DNA of 64,000 nt from an uncultured Muribaculaceae bacterium (GTDB lineage: Bacteria > Bacillota_I > Bacilli_A > RF39 > UBA660), in NCBI GenBank assembly GCA_964486215.1, contig CAZALI010000001.1, positions 12,837 through 76,836 on the forward strand. Reading direction: 5' to 3'. The notes under the pieces are model-generated. The model had not been told where the DNA came from. It made no database searches and saw only the letters and a program-made list of their open reading frames with translations. This document shows, piece by piece, positions 39,486-48,369 of this stretch (positions are counted from its first letter, which is position 1; every line of letters begins with the position of its first letter). A program made the position numbers and the translations under genes.

Positions 39486-39791
39486 TAATTCTAATATTTC
39501 ATCATAATTGTCATCTTTTGCCATAATATTTTTATGTATTTGATGACACTTTTCACATTTATAAATAATTTTATAAGTATCTTTAAATTTTTCTATACCA
39601 ATTGGTTTTAGTAATCCAAGACATGTATTTTGTCTATCTCCTGGATTTATGTCAACATGCTTTGAATAGAGGCAGTATGGGCAATGATCACGAGAAGAAT
39701 AATTTAGTTTATCTACGTGTCTGCCACAGTGTTCACAAGTAAATTCTTCATCTACTTCAGTAAATGTTTTCATATAATCACCTATATTCAT
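39468..39791 (-). CDS. RNHCP-domain zinc-ribbon protein.
   Basis: CEHCG...RDHCPYCLYSKHVD...CEKCHQIH. Confidence 0.45.
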   Translation of the reverse strand: MNIGDYMKTFTEVDEEFTCEHCGRHVDKLNYSSRDHCPYCLYSKHVDINPGDRQNTCLGLLKPIGIEKFKDTYKIIYKCEKCHQIHKNIMAKDDNYDEILELSKKGF

Positions 39792-39846
39792 AATAACATA
39801 TTTTGTGTTAAGAGTTAATTTTTGATATAATATTTATGGTGATAAT

Positions 39847-40983
39847 ATGAAATATGGCTTAGTACTTGCAGGTGGAGGAACTAAAGGTTCTTATCAAGTT
39901 GGTGCTTTAATCGCATTAAAAGAAATGAAGATAAATATAGGAGCTGTTTCAGGATCTTCTATTGGATCTATAAATGCGGCTTTATTTGTACAAGGAGATA
40001 CTATGTTACTTAGAGATCTTTATAGTAATATAGAGATGCATGATATTTTAAAATTAAGTGATAAGAATGCTTTAAAGAATACTGATACATTACTTAGTAA
40101 AGATAATGTTAAAAGTATGATTAAAGAATATATTGATAATAAAGGTATTTCTAATGAGCCATTAAGAAATTTATTAAATAAATATGTTGATATAGATAAA
40201 ATATATAAATCCAAAATAGATTTTGGTCTTATGACTTTTGATTTAGAGAAGAAAGAAGGCCTTGATTTATTTAAAGAAGATATTCCTAGAGATAAGTTTA
40301 TTGATTATTTATTAGCTAGTTCATGCTTTCCGGTATTTAAACCTCAAACTATTGGCAATAAGAAGTTTTTAGATGGTGGATTATATGATAATATACCTAT
40401 TAATATGGTAACAAAGAGAGGCTATAAAAAAATAATCATTATAGACTTATCTGGTGTTGGTTTCTTTAAGAGAAGTATAGATAAAGATGCTTATATAAAA
40501 GTTATTAAACCAAAAGAAGATTTAGGTAGTGTATTTGAATTTGATAAAAAACTAATTAATAGAAATATATATTATGGATACTTAGATACTTTAAAAGCAT
40601 TTAATAAGCTTATGGGTGAGAGATTCTATTTTAAACCTAACGAGTATTTTAAATTATTAAAGAGATATGGTGTTAGTAATACTTTAAATTTAGAAGAAGC
40701 TGGAGTAATATATAAACTTGATAAATTTAAGATATGGAAAGCTGATGAATTTATTGAAACTGTTTTAAGTAATTATAAAAGAGAGAGAAAAGAATACGAT
40801 AAAGTAAAAGCATCTAAACCTAATCTAAAAAATATTAAAGCTATTCTTAATAAAGGATTAGGAGTATCTTTATGTATGGATATTAATAATAATTATCCGA
40901 TGATATTAAATACTTATGGTGGTTTATTTAGTAATTATATTAAAGTATCTAAAATAATAGATGAAATTATTAGTAATGAATAA
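39847..40983 (+). CDS. Patatin-like phospholipase.
   Basis: LAGGGTKGSYQVG, GSSIGS (GxSxG) and the DGG dyad motif. Confidence 0.75.
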   Translation: MKYGLVLAGGGTKGSYQVGALIALKEMKINIGAVSGSSIGSINAALFVQGDTMLLRDLYSNIEMHDILKLSDKNALKNTDTLLSKDNVKSMIKEYIDNKGISNEPLRNLLNKYVDIDKIYKSKIDFGLMTFDLEKKEGLDLFKEDIPRDKFIDYLLASSCFPVFKPQTIGNKKFLDGGLYDNIPINMVTKRGYKKIIIIDLSGVGFFKRSIDKDAYIKVIKPKEDLGSVFEFDKKLINRNIYYGYLDTLKAFNKLMGERFYFKPNEYFKLLKRYGVSNTLNLEEAGVIYKLDKFKIWKADEFIETVLSNYKRERKEYDKVKASKPNLKNIKAILNKGLGVSLCMDINNNYPMILNTYGGLFSNYIKVSKIIDEIISNE

Positions 40984-41015
40984 TATGATATAATGTAATA
41001 GTTAGGTGTGATTAA

Positions 41016-41729
41016 ATGTTAGACTTTAAGATTAATGAATTTGAAGGTCCATTAGATTTATTACTTCATTTAATTAAAGTAAATGAAATGGATATAATGG
41101 ATATTAAAATAGAAGAGATAACTAAACAGTACATAGATTATATTGATTCACAAGAAAAATTAAATATAGAAGTGGCTTCTGAGTATTTAGTTATGGCTAG
41201 TGAATTGATTGAAATTAAGTCTAAATTATTATTACCTAGTAATACTTTAGATGAGGATGAAGAAGAAGAGGTAGATCCAAGAGAAGAATTAGTAGAAAAG
41301 TTACTTGAATATGAAGCATATAAGAAACTAAGTGATGTTTTAGTTAAAAAGAACGAAGATAGAAGTTCTTTCTATACTAAGTTACCTGAGAATTTTAGTA
41401 ATTATGCTAGTGAAGAAGCTATTTCAAATAATGGAGATATTGATGAATTAGTAGAAGCTTTTAAAGTATTCTTAGATAGAAAAAGTAAAAGTAAACCTCT
41501 TAAGACTAAAGTTACTATTAAAGAAGTTAGCGTTAGTGGTAGATGTATAGAGATTAGGAAAGCATTAAAGAAAAATAAAAAAGTATCTTTCTTTAGTTTA
41601 TTTACTTATGATACTAAAGAATATATAGTTGCGACTTTTTTAGCTGTATTAGAGATGGCTAAAGAAGGAGAACTTACTATTAAACAGAAAGATGCTTTTG
41701 GAGATATTATAGTGGAGAGTGTCAAATGA
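41016..41729 (+). CDS. scpA: Segregation and condensation protein A.
   Basis: FEGPLDLLLHLI. Confidence 0.85.
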   Translation: MLDFKINEFEGPLDLLLHLIKVNEMDIMDIKIEEITKQYIDYIDSQEKLNIEVASEYLVMASELIEIKSKLLLPSNTLDEDEEEEVDPREELVEKLLEYEAYKKLSDVLVKKNEDRSSFYTKLPENFSNYASEEAISNNGDIDELVEAFKVFLDRKSKSKPLKTKVTIKEVSVSGRCIEIRKALKKNKKVSFFSLFTYDTKEYIVATFLAVLEMAKEGELTIKQKDAFGDIIVESVK

Positions 41730-42301
41730 ATAAAGCAGTATTAGAAGGATTATTATTTGTTGTTGGAGAAGATGGACTAAGTTTAGATCAAATTAGTGAT
41801 GTTTTAGATATAAAAGTAGAAGAAGCTAAAGAATTAGTTAAAGAGTTAAAAAGTGATTATGAAAGTGAAGAAAGAGGTCTTAGAATAGACTTTTTAGGTA
41901 ATAAGTTTAAACTTACTACTAAGAGTGAACATAAAGATTATTATTCTAAGTTAATAGAAAATCCAATTACTAATAAACTTAGTCAAGCAGCTTTAGAGAC
42001 TTTAGCTATTATTGCGTATAATGAGCCAATAACTAGAATAAAGATTGATAATTTAAGAGGAGTTAGTACTGTTCAAATTATTAGAAAATTGGCTGCGAAA
42101 GGCTTAATAAAAGAGAGTGGTAGAAGTGATTTACCTGGTAGGCCTATTCTTTACGAAACTACTGATGAGTTTTTAGATTACTTTGGACTTTCTTCTCTAA
42201 AAGATTTACCTGATATGAGTGTATTCATTAATAAGAGTCAAGAAGAAGATAGTGATGATGAAGACTTATATAGTTCTAAATATAGAGAAGATAGTCAGTA
42301 A
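41726..42301 (+). CDS. scpB: Segregation and condensation protein B.
   Basis: LEGLLFVVGEDGLS; ATGA overlap with scpA. Confidence 0.85.
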   Translation: MNKAVLEGLLFVVGEDGLSLDQISDVLDIKVEEAKELVKELKSDYESEERGLRIDFLGNKFKLTTKSEHKDYYSKLIENPITNKLSQAALETLAIIAYNEPITRIKIDNLRGVSTVQIIRKLAAKGLIKESGRSDLPGRPILYETTDEFLDYFGLSSLKDLPDMSVFINKSQEEDSDDEDLYSSKYREDSQ

Positions 42302-42343
42302 CTTTACTTTTATAAAAAATGTGGTATAATTATATATGTAGTT

Positions 42344-42419
42344 GCCGAAGTAGCTCAATATCAGAGCAGTCGCGTTGTTTGCGAAAGGTTAGTGGTGTAA
42401 GTCCATCTCTTCGGCACCA
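42344..42419 (+). tRNA. tRNA-like element, 76 nt ending in CCA. It resembles tRNA-Thr(UGU) but has a degenerate T-arm, so it may be a pseudogene or an atypical tRNA.
   Basis: Acceptor stem GCCGAAG/CTTCGGC is perfect. D-arm GCTC..GAGC. Anticodon loop candidate GTTGTTT. The T-stem pairs poorly and there is no TTC motif. Own promoter TGGTATAAT at 42322-42330. Confidence 0.35.
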
Positions 42420-42481
42420 TTTTTGTTTATTACTAACTTTTAGTTAGTTTTTTTATTAATTATGTTATAATATATGTAGTT

Positions 42482-42568
42482 GCTTTCGTGGCGGAATTGG
42501 TAGACGCGGTGGACTCAAAATCCACTGGTAGCGATACTGTGCGGGTTCGAGTCCCGCCGAAAGCACCA
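42482..42568 (+). tRNA. tRNA-Leu (anticodon CAA), type II with a long variable arm and encoded CCA.
   Basis: Acceptor GCTTTCG/CGAAAGC. Anticodon stem GTGGA/TCCAC with loop CTCAAAA. T-arm GGGTTCGAGTCCCGC. Promoter TGTTATAAT at 42463-42471. Terminator at 42577-42603. Confidence 0.85.
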
Positions 42569-42642
42569 TAAGAAATAAAGAACTTATTATTAAGTTCTTT
42601 TCTTTATAAAAAAATGATATAATTTGTTTAGGAGGAGAAAAT

Positions 42643-43158
42643 ATGAGTACTGAAAAAAAACAAGAAATTAAAGATTTTATTGAAGAAAAAGCTTTAAGAT
42701 ATGGGCTTATATTAGTAGGGCTTATACTATTTGCTATTATTACTATAACTACATCTGGAGGAGAAAAGTTTAACTATGAGCAGGATAAGGCTGTTGAATA
42801 TGAAGGTGCTGAATACAAGATTGTTAAAGTGGAGAAAAAGCAAAATGATTTGTATGAAGACTATGATGATTTAAAAGTAACTATTAAGATTACTAATAAA
42901 AGTAAAGAGAAAATTAAATATGATAAAAATCACTTTTTTATAGCTAATAAAGATGATGAAGATATTACTAAAGCAACTCTAGCTATGGATGATGATAATT
43001 ATTTAGGTAGTGGTACTCTTAAACCAGGTGAGTCAGTAGAAGGAATTGTTTCTTGGACTATTAAAAAAGGAGCAAAAGATTTAAGAGTTAGGTATTTTGA
43101 AAATATAATATTAACTGGTAAAGAAGTACATAAATTTCAATGGTCATTGGATAATTAA
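42643..43158 (+). CDS. Membrane-anchored DUF4352-like protein.
   Basis: N-terminal TM segment, then a β-sandwich-like domain KVTIKITNKSKEKIKYDKNHFF. Confidence 0.4.
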   Translation: MSTEKKQEIKDFIEEKALRYGLILVGLILFAIITITTSGGEKFNYEQDKAVEYEGAEYKIVKVEKKQNDLYEDYDDLKVTIKITNKSKEKIKYDKNHFFIANKDDEDITKATLAMDDDNYLGSGTLKPGESVEGIVSWTIKKGAKDLRVRYFENIILTGKEVHKFQWSLDN

Positions 43159-43181
43159 AAAGAAAAGATAAATAAAAAGAA

Positions 43182-43811
43182 TTACTTGTTTAATAAAGTA
43201 ATTCTTTTTCCTTTTGTCTCGATAAAGCCATCTTCTTTTAGATATCTTAGTTCTCTAGACATAGCTGTTCTATCAATACATAAGTATTCAGCTAGATCTT
43301 TAAATGTAAATGGTAAATAAATGTACTTTGATTTTCTTTTATTATATTCAATGTCAAAATACTTTAATAATTTCCCTCTAATAGTTTTTTTACTTAGTAT
43401 TTCTATTCTTTCATTTTTACTTATTATTTTATCATTCATTATTAGAAATAAGTTTTTAATAAATTGATTAAAATAGGTAGTATCATTATCTAAGTTTTCT
43501 ACTATGTAATCATAATCTACAATAATTATTTTAGAGTCTTCCATAGTAATAATGTCAATATCTTTATTAGTTAGACTGGATGTAGTAGTAAAGACTTCAT
43601 TTTCATATAATTCTTCTATAGTATTAGTTGATCCATCATAGTTATTTCTATAGACTTTAATGTATCCCTCTTCAATAATACCAACAATATTTTCGTTTTT
43701 AAATCTCTCAGCTATTGACGTTTTTTTAGGAAAAGAATATTCTTTTGATTCTAGTAACCAAAGTAGTTTTTCTTTATTTTTTTGAGATATTTTATCGAAA
43801 GGATTTATCAT
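43182..43811 (-). CDS. Crp/Fnr family transcriptional regulator. The start is moved to ATG at 43811, after the RBS AGGTGGTG.
   Basis: cNMP-binding-like N-terminal half and the C-terminal HTH FTFKDLAEYLCIDRTAMSRELRYLKEDGFI. Confidence 0.75.
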   Translation of the reverse strand: MINPFDKISQKNKEKLLWLLESKEYSFPKKTSIAERFKNENIVGIIEEGYIKVYRNNYDGSTNTIEELYENEVFTTTSSLTNKDIDIITMEDSKIIIVDYDYIVENLDNDTTYFNQFIKNLFLIMNDKIISKNERIEILSKKTIRGKLLKYFDIEYNKRKSKYIYLPFTFKDLAEYLCIDRTAMSRELRYLKEDGFIETKGKRITLLNK

Positions 43812-43849
43812 TTTACACCACCTAAAAAATATTTTAACAAAAATTGTAA

Positions 43850-43869
43850 AATGTTGCAAATGCAACATT
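43850..43869. promoter_or_regulatory. Perfect 9-2-9 inverted repeat AATGTTGCA-AA-TGCAACATT between the divergent crp/fnr and nrdD genes. Candidate operator.
   Basis: Read directly from the sequence. Confidence 0.4.
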
Positions 43870-43920
43870 ATTTTTTTTAGATAAGTGCTATGATGAAAAT
43901 ATCAAAGAGAGGTGAAAGGT

Positions 43921-46116
43921 ATGAAAATAGTTAAAAGAGATGGACATATTGTTGATTATAGTCCAGATAAAATTGAGACTGCTATTTCTAAAGCTAATGC
44001 CGAAGTAGCTGAAGAAGAGCGTGTTACTGATGTACAAATAAGAAATATAATTAAGTATATTGAAGGACTTCATAAGAAAAGAATGTTAGTTGAAGATATA
44101 CAAGATATTATTGAAATGAGATTAATGGCACTTGGCAAGTATCAACTTGCGAAGACATATATTACTTATAGATATACAAGAGAATTAGTTAGAAGAAGTA
44201 ATACTACAGATAGATCTATCAAAGAGTTAATCGATGGAGAAAATGAGTATTGGAATACAGAGAATTCTAATAAGAATGCGAAAGTAGTTACTACTCAAAG
44301 AGATTATTTAGCTGGTATTACTAGTACAGATATTACAAGAAGATTCTTACTTCCTGAAGATATCGTCAATGCTCATGATACTGGTATTATCCACTTTCAT
44401 GATGCAGATTATTTTGCACAGAATGCACTACATAACTGTGATTTAATTAACTTAGATGATATGCTTCAGAATGGTACTAATATCAATGGTGTAATGATAG
44501 AGAAGCCTCATAGATTCTTAACAGCTATGACTATTGCTACACAATTAATTACAGCTGTTAGTTCTTCACAATATGGTGGAGCAACTATTACTCTTACACA
44601 CTTAGCTCCATTCGTTAGAGAAAGTAAGAAGAGAATTGAAGAAAAATATAAGAAACGTAAATTAACTAAAGCACAAATAGAAAAGTTTGTAGAGGAAGAT
44701 TTACATAAAGAGATAGTTGATGGAGTACAAACATTCCAATATCAAATTAATTCTATGACTACTACTAATGGTCAAGCTCCATTCTTAAGTGTTGCTATGT
44801 ACTTAGGAGAGACTGAAGAATATAAAGATGAGCTTGCTTTAATAATAGAAGAAGTATTAAAACAAAGACTTCAAGGTATGAAGAATGAACAAGGTGTTTA
44901 TATTACTCCTGCTTTTCCAAAACTTTTATATGTACTTGAGGAAGATAATATTAAACCTAGAAGTAAATATTATTACTTAACTAAATTAGCTGCTAAATGT
45001 ACAGCTAAGAGAATGGTTCCAGATTATATTTCTGAAAAGATGATGTTAAAGTTAAAGAAAAATGAGAAAGGTGTAGGAGAGTGCTATCCTTGTATGGGAT
45101 GTCGTTCATTCTTAACACCTGATAGAACTATGAGTTTAGGAAATATAGCTAAAGCTAAGAACTATGTTAAAGGTAAAGGTAAATACTATGGTAGATTTAA
45201 TCAAGGTGTTGTTACTATTAACTTACCTGATGTAGCTTTATCTTCTGGAAAAGATATGGATTTATTCTGGAAGATATTTGATGAAAGATTAGATCTATGT
45301 CATAGAGCTTTACAAATTAGACATAAACGTCTTTCTAAAGTTACTAGTGATGTAGCACCAATTCTATGGCAATATGGAGCTCTTGCTAGACTTGAGAAAG
45401 GTGAGTCAATACATGAATTATTACATCATGGATATTCTACTATTTCATTAGGATATGCTGGTTTATACGAATGTGTTAAGTATATGACTGGACATTCTCA
45501 TACAGATAATGGAATAGGTAAAGAATTTGGACTAAAAGTAATGCAACATATGAATGATGCTTGTAAGAAGTGGAAAGCTGAAGAGGATATAGATTATTCA
45601 GTATATGGAACTCCAATTGAATCTACTACTTATAAGTTTGCTAAATGCTTAAGAGAGAGATTTGGTAAGATTAAAGGTATTACTGATAGAGATTATATTA
45701 CTAATAGTTATCATGTACCTGTATTTGAAGAGATTGATGCATTTACTAAGTTAAAATTAGAGAGTGAATTTCAACAATTATCACCAGGAGGAGCTATCTC
45801 ATACATAGAGACTCCAAATTTACAAGACAACTTAGATACTGTTATGGAAGTAATAAAGTTTATTTATGACAATATTATGTATGCTGAGTTAAATACTAAG
45901 AGTGATTATTGTCAAGTATGTGGTTATACTGGTGAAATTCAGATAGATGAAAACTTAGAGTGGTATTGTCCACAATGTGGTAATAGAGATCATAATAAAT
46001 TAAATGTTGCTCGTAGGACTTGCGGTTATATTGGTACTAATTTCTGGAATAAAGGTAGAACTCAAGAGATTAAAGAGAGAGTATTACATCTAGATAATAA
46101 AGATGATGATGAATAA
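43921..46116 (+). CDS. nrdD: Anaerobic ribonucleoside-triphosphate reductase.
   Basis: ATP-cone N-terminus, a C-terminal zinc ribbon (CQVCGY...CPQCGN) and the glycyl-radical tail RTCGYIG. Confidence 0.9.
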   Translation: MKIVKRDGHIVDYSPDKIETAISKANAEVAEEERVTDVQIRNIIKYIEGLHKKRMLVEDIQDIIEMRLMALGKYQLAKTYITYRYTRELVRRSNTTDRSIKELIDGENEYWNTENSNKNAKVVTTQRDYLAGITSTDITRRFLLPEDIVNAHDTGIIHFHDADYFAQNALHNCDLINLDDMLQNGTNINGVMIEKPHRFLTAMTIATQLITAVSSSQYGGATITLTHLAPFVRESKKRIEEKYKKRKLTKAQIEKFVEEDLHKEIVDGVQTFQYQINSMTTTNGQAPFLSVAMYLGETEEYKDELALIIEEVLKQRLQGMKNEQGVYITPAFPKLLYVLEEDNIKPRSKYYYLTKLAAKCTAKRMVPDYISEKMMLKLKKNEKGVGECYPCMGCRSFLTPDRTMSLGNIAKAKNYVKGKGKYYGRFNQGVVTINLPDVALSSGKDMDLFWKIFDERLDLCHRALQIRHKRLSKVTSDVAPILWQYGALARLEKGESIHELLHHGYSTISLGYAGLYECVKYMTGHSHTDNGIGKEFGLKVMQHMNDACKKWKAEEDIDYSVYGTPIESTTYKFAKCLRERFGKIKGITDRDYITNSYHVPVFEEIDAFTKLKLESEFQQLSPGGAISYIETPNLQDNLDTVMEVIKFIYDNIMYAELNTKSDYCQVCGYTGEIQIDENLEWYCPQCGNRDHNKLNVARRTCGYIGTNFWNKGRTQEIKERVLHLDNKDDDE

Positions 46117-46619
46117 TGCAATATAATAAGATTAGAAAAATGGATATTTCTAACGGCCCAGGTGTTAGAGTATCTGTTTTCTTCCAAGGCTGTGAATTTC
46201 ATTGTAAGAATTGTTTTAATCCTGAGACATGGGCTTTTAGTGGAGGACATGAATTTACAGATGAGACTATTAATCATATCTTAGATTTATGTGATAGTGA
46301 TCATATAGCTGGTCTTTCTATGTTAGGAGGAGAACCAATGCATCCTAGGAATATAGAAGGTACTACTAAGCTAGCTAAAGCTTTTAAAGAGAGATTTCCT
46401 AATAAGAGCTTATGGTCATGGACAGGATTCTTATTTGATAAAGATTTAAAAGGAAAAGAAGTCTTAAATTATTTAGATGTATTAGTAGATGGACAATATA
46501 AAGATGAACTTCATGATCCTACTTTAAAATGGCGTGGTTCATCTAATCAGAGAGTTATCGATGTACCTAAGTCTTTAAAGGCAAAGAAAGTTGTTTTATA
46601 TAAAGATACTATTTACTAG
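46116..46619 (+). CDS. nrdG: Anaerobic ribonucleotide reductase activating protein.
   Basis: Radical SAM motif GCEFHCKNC; TAATG overlap with nrdD. Confidence 0.85.
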   Translation: MQYNKIRKMDISNGPGVRVSVFFQGCEFHCKNCFNPETWAFSGGHEFTDETINHILDLCDSDHIAGLSMLGGEPMHPRNIEGTTKLAKAFKERFPNKSLWSWTGFLFDKDLKGKEVLNYLDVLVDGQYKDELHDPTLKWRGSSNQRVIDVPKSLKAKKVVLYKDTIY

Positions 46620-46937
46620 TATCTTTTTTTGTAAAATAATATGTAAAGTACTTAAAAGTTTTAAAATAGTATTGACCTTATTCTTATAAAATGTTTTAAT
46701 GTAAGTGTTAGTACACAAGTTTTAGTTATTAACATAATAATTTATAATGATATTAATTATTTATTATGATTGTTAATACGTGCTTATCTGCTTGTCTACT
46801 AGTAGTTACAAATAAAGGAAAATATTATGTGGTAAGTGGCTAACGTAATATGACTAAGAGTTAGCTTCCATTGAACCGGGGTTAATAATGGTTATCAGTC
46901 AATTATTAATCTGACAAAAGTAGAGTTATCTTTTTGA

Positions 46938-46969
46938 GAATAGTGAGGTCATTTAACTATTCTTTTTTT
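46938..46969 (+). terminator. Intrinsic terminator inside the 1-kb gene-free region.
   Basis: GAATAGT / ACTATTC hairpin followed by T7. Confidence 0.5.
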
Positions 46970-46986
46970 ATATAAAAATTTGCACT

Positions 46987-47019
46987 AAAAAAGGATATTC
47001 ATTCAAATATCCTTTTTTT
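46987..47019. terminator. Bidirectional terminator.
   Basis: AAGGATAT / ATATCCTT hairpin flanked by A6 and T7. Confidence 0.5.
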
Positions 47020-47565
47020 CAATAAAGTTAAATAACGTTTCAAGAAACTTTTGATATTCAAATAATATTATAAATATTATTATAAATAACTAGGTAACTT
47101 GATAAATTAAATAACCGAGTTTCCCATTCACTTTATAACATTTGTATTTGGTATTATCAGTACCAAACGCGTGTTACCTTATCTTCGGGGAGTTTTCTTT
47201 CTCTTACTAAGTTACAGTATCTTGACTATAGTAAGTTATTGTTTAAAGTTTGTATTCCAAAACTTCCATAATTAAATGATAATTACTAATTTCTTCTTAT
47301 ATTTCTCGTATATATTAAATTAATAATACATATGGTACTACTATAAGCAAATACTCAGCAATTAATCAATTATTGAATAAATCAACAAAAGGTATAATTA
47401 CAATAGTATTAAACGAAATCGCAATCATGCCGATATCTTTTAGATCAAGATACATTATTAATTTAATATATAATTAGGTTATTGTCAATATTAATTTATG
47501 TTTTTAAAATGATTAGACACTTTATATGTAAAATGTGAAAAAATAGTAAAATTATGCAAAAAATA

Positions 47566-47593
47566 TTGTTAAATTAAATTTTCATGTTATAAT
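47566..47593 (+). promoter_or_regulatory. Sigma-A type promoter with an extended -10 element.
   Basis: TTGTTA, 16-nt spacer, TGTTATAAT. Confidence 0.5.
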
Positions 47594-47658
47594 TTTAATA
47601 GACATAGTAGGAAAGGTGGCATTGAAAATAGCAATATATAATTAAAATAGGTGGTTTG

Positions 47659-48351
47659 ATGAAGAATGAAGTAGAAGTTGATGCAAAAAAAGTATATAAG
47701 AAAAAGATGTTTGTAAAATTAGTTACAATTATCTTCTTAGCTTTACTTATATTACTTTCAATTATTTATTTATTTTTATATATTGTCTATGATGGTGGTA
47801 GGTTTACTATTAGTTTAGATAGGAATTTATCCAATAGAAAAAATGTCTATCTGTCGGAAGATGGTAAATTTGAAAATAAAAGATTCAAATTATCAGCTAA
47901 GACAATAGATTATATGGATAATATTTCTAAGGACTGGTTACCTGAGAATATCGATAAAGGTACTGGCAGCCATAATGGTAATAACTATATTGCTTATAGT
48001 TTCTATTTAGTAAATGCTGGTCATGAGACTGTCCATTATTGGTATGAGATAGATATTGACGATACCATAAAGAGAGTTGATGATGCTATTAGAATTATGA
48101 TAATTCAAAATGGCAAAAGAACAGTATATGCTAAAAGGAATCGTACTACTAAAAAGCCTGAGCCAGATACAGTGGCCTTTCGATCTAAGTCAGTTGTGGC
48201 TTTAAAGCAACGCAAGAAATTTAAACCGAAGAAGAAGGATCGATATACTATTGTCATATGGCTCGAGGGCAATGATCCAGAGTGCAAAAATGATTTAATT
48301 GGTGGAGAAATCAAGATGCATATGGACTTTACAGAAGAGCATATCAAATAA
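47659..48351 (+). CDS. Membrane-anchored protein of unknown function, the first gene of the TasA/SipW-like locus. An alternative TTG start lies at 47656.
   Basis: N-terminal TM segment VKLVTIIFLALLILLSIIYLFLYIV. Basic C-terminal region with locally raised GC content. Confidence 0.45.
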   Translation: MKNEVEVDAKKVYKKKMFVKLVTIIFLALLILLSIIYLFLYIVYDGGRFTISLDRNLSNRKNVYLSEDGKFENKRFKLSAKTIDYMDNISKDWLPENIDKGTGSHNGNNYIAYSFYLVNAGHETVHYWYEIDIDDTIKRVDDAIRIMIIQNGKRTVYAKRNRTTKKPEPDTVAFRSKSVVALKQRKKFKPKKKDRYTIVIWLEGNDPECKNDLIGGEIKMHMDFTEEHIK

Positions 48352-48369
48352 AAGAGGAGGAAAAGAGAT

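Noticed and set aside
42344-42419. Calling this element a canonical tRNA-Thr gene.
   Set aside because: The T-arm does not fold conventionally and position 37 is a pyrimidine. It is kept only as a tRNA-like element or pseudogene with low confidence.
46620-47655. Recognisable riboswitch, tmRNA, RNase P, SRP or 6S RNA in the 1-kb gene-free region.
   Set aside because: No class-defining conserved motifs could be matched by eye. Only generic hairpins and terminators are present, so the region is left uncalled pending a covariance-model scan.
48105-48347. An 80-aa minus-strand ORF in the GC-rich patch.
   Set aside because: It appears because the locally GC-rich sequence lacks stop codons. It is embedded in the + strand gene 47659..48351, which has an RBS and TM anchor.
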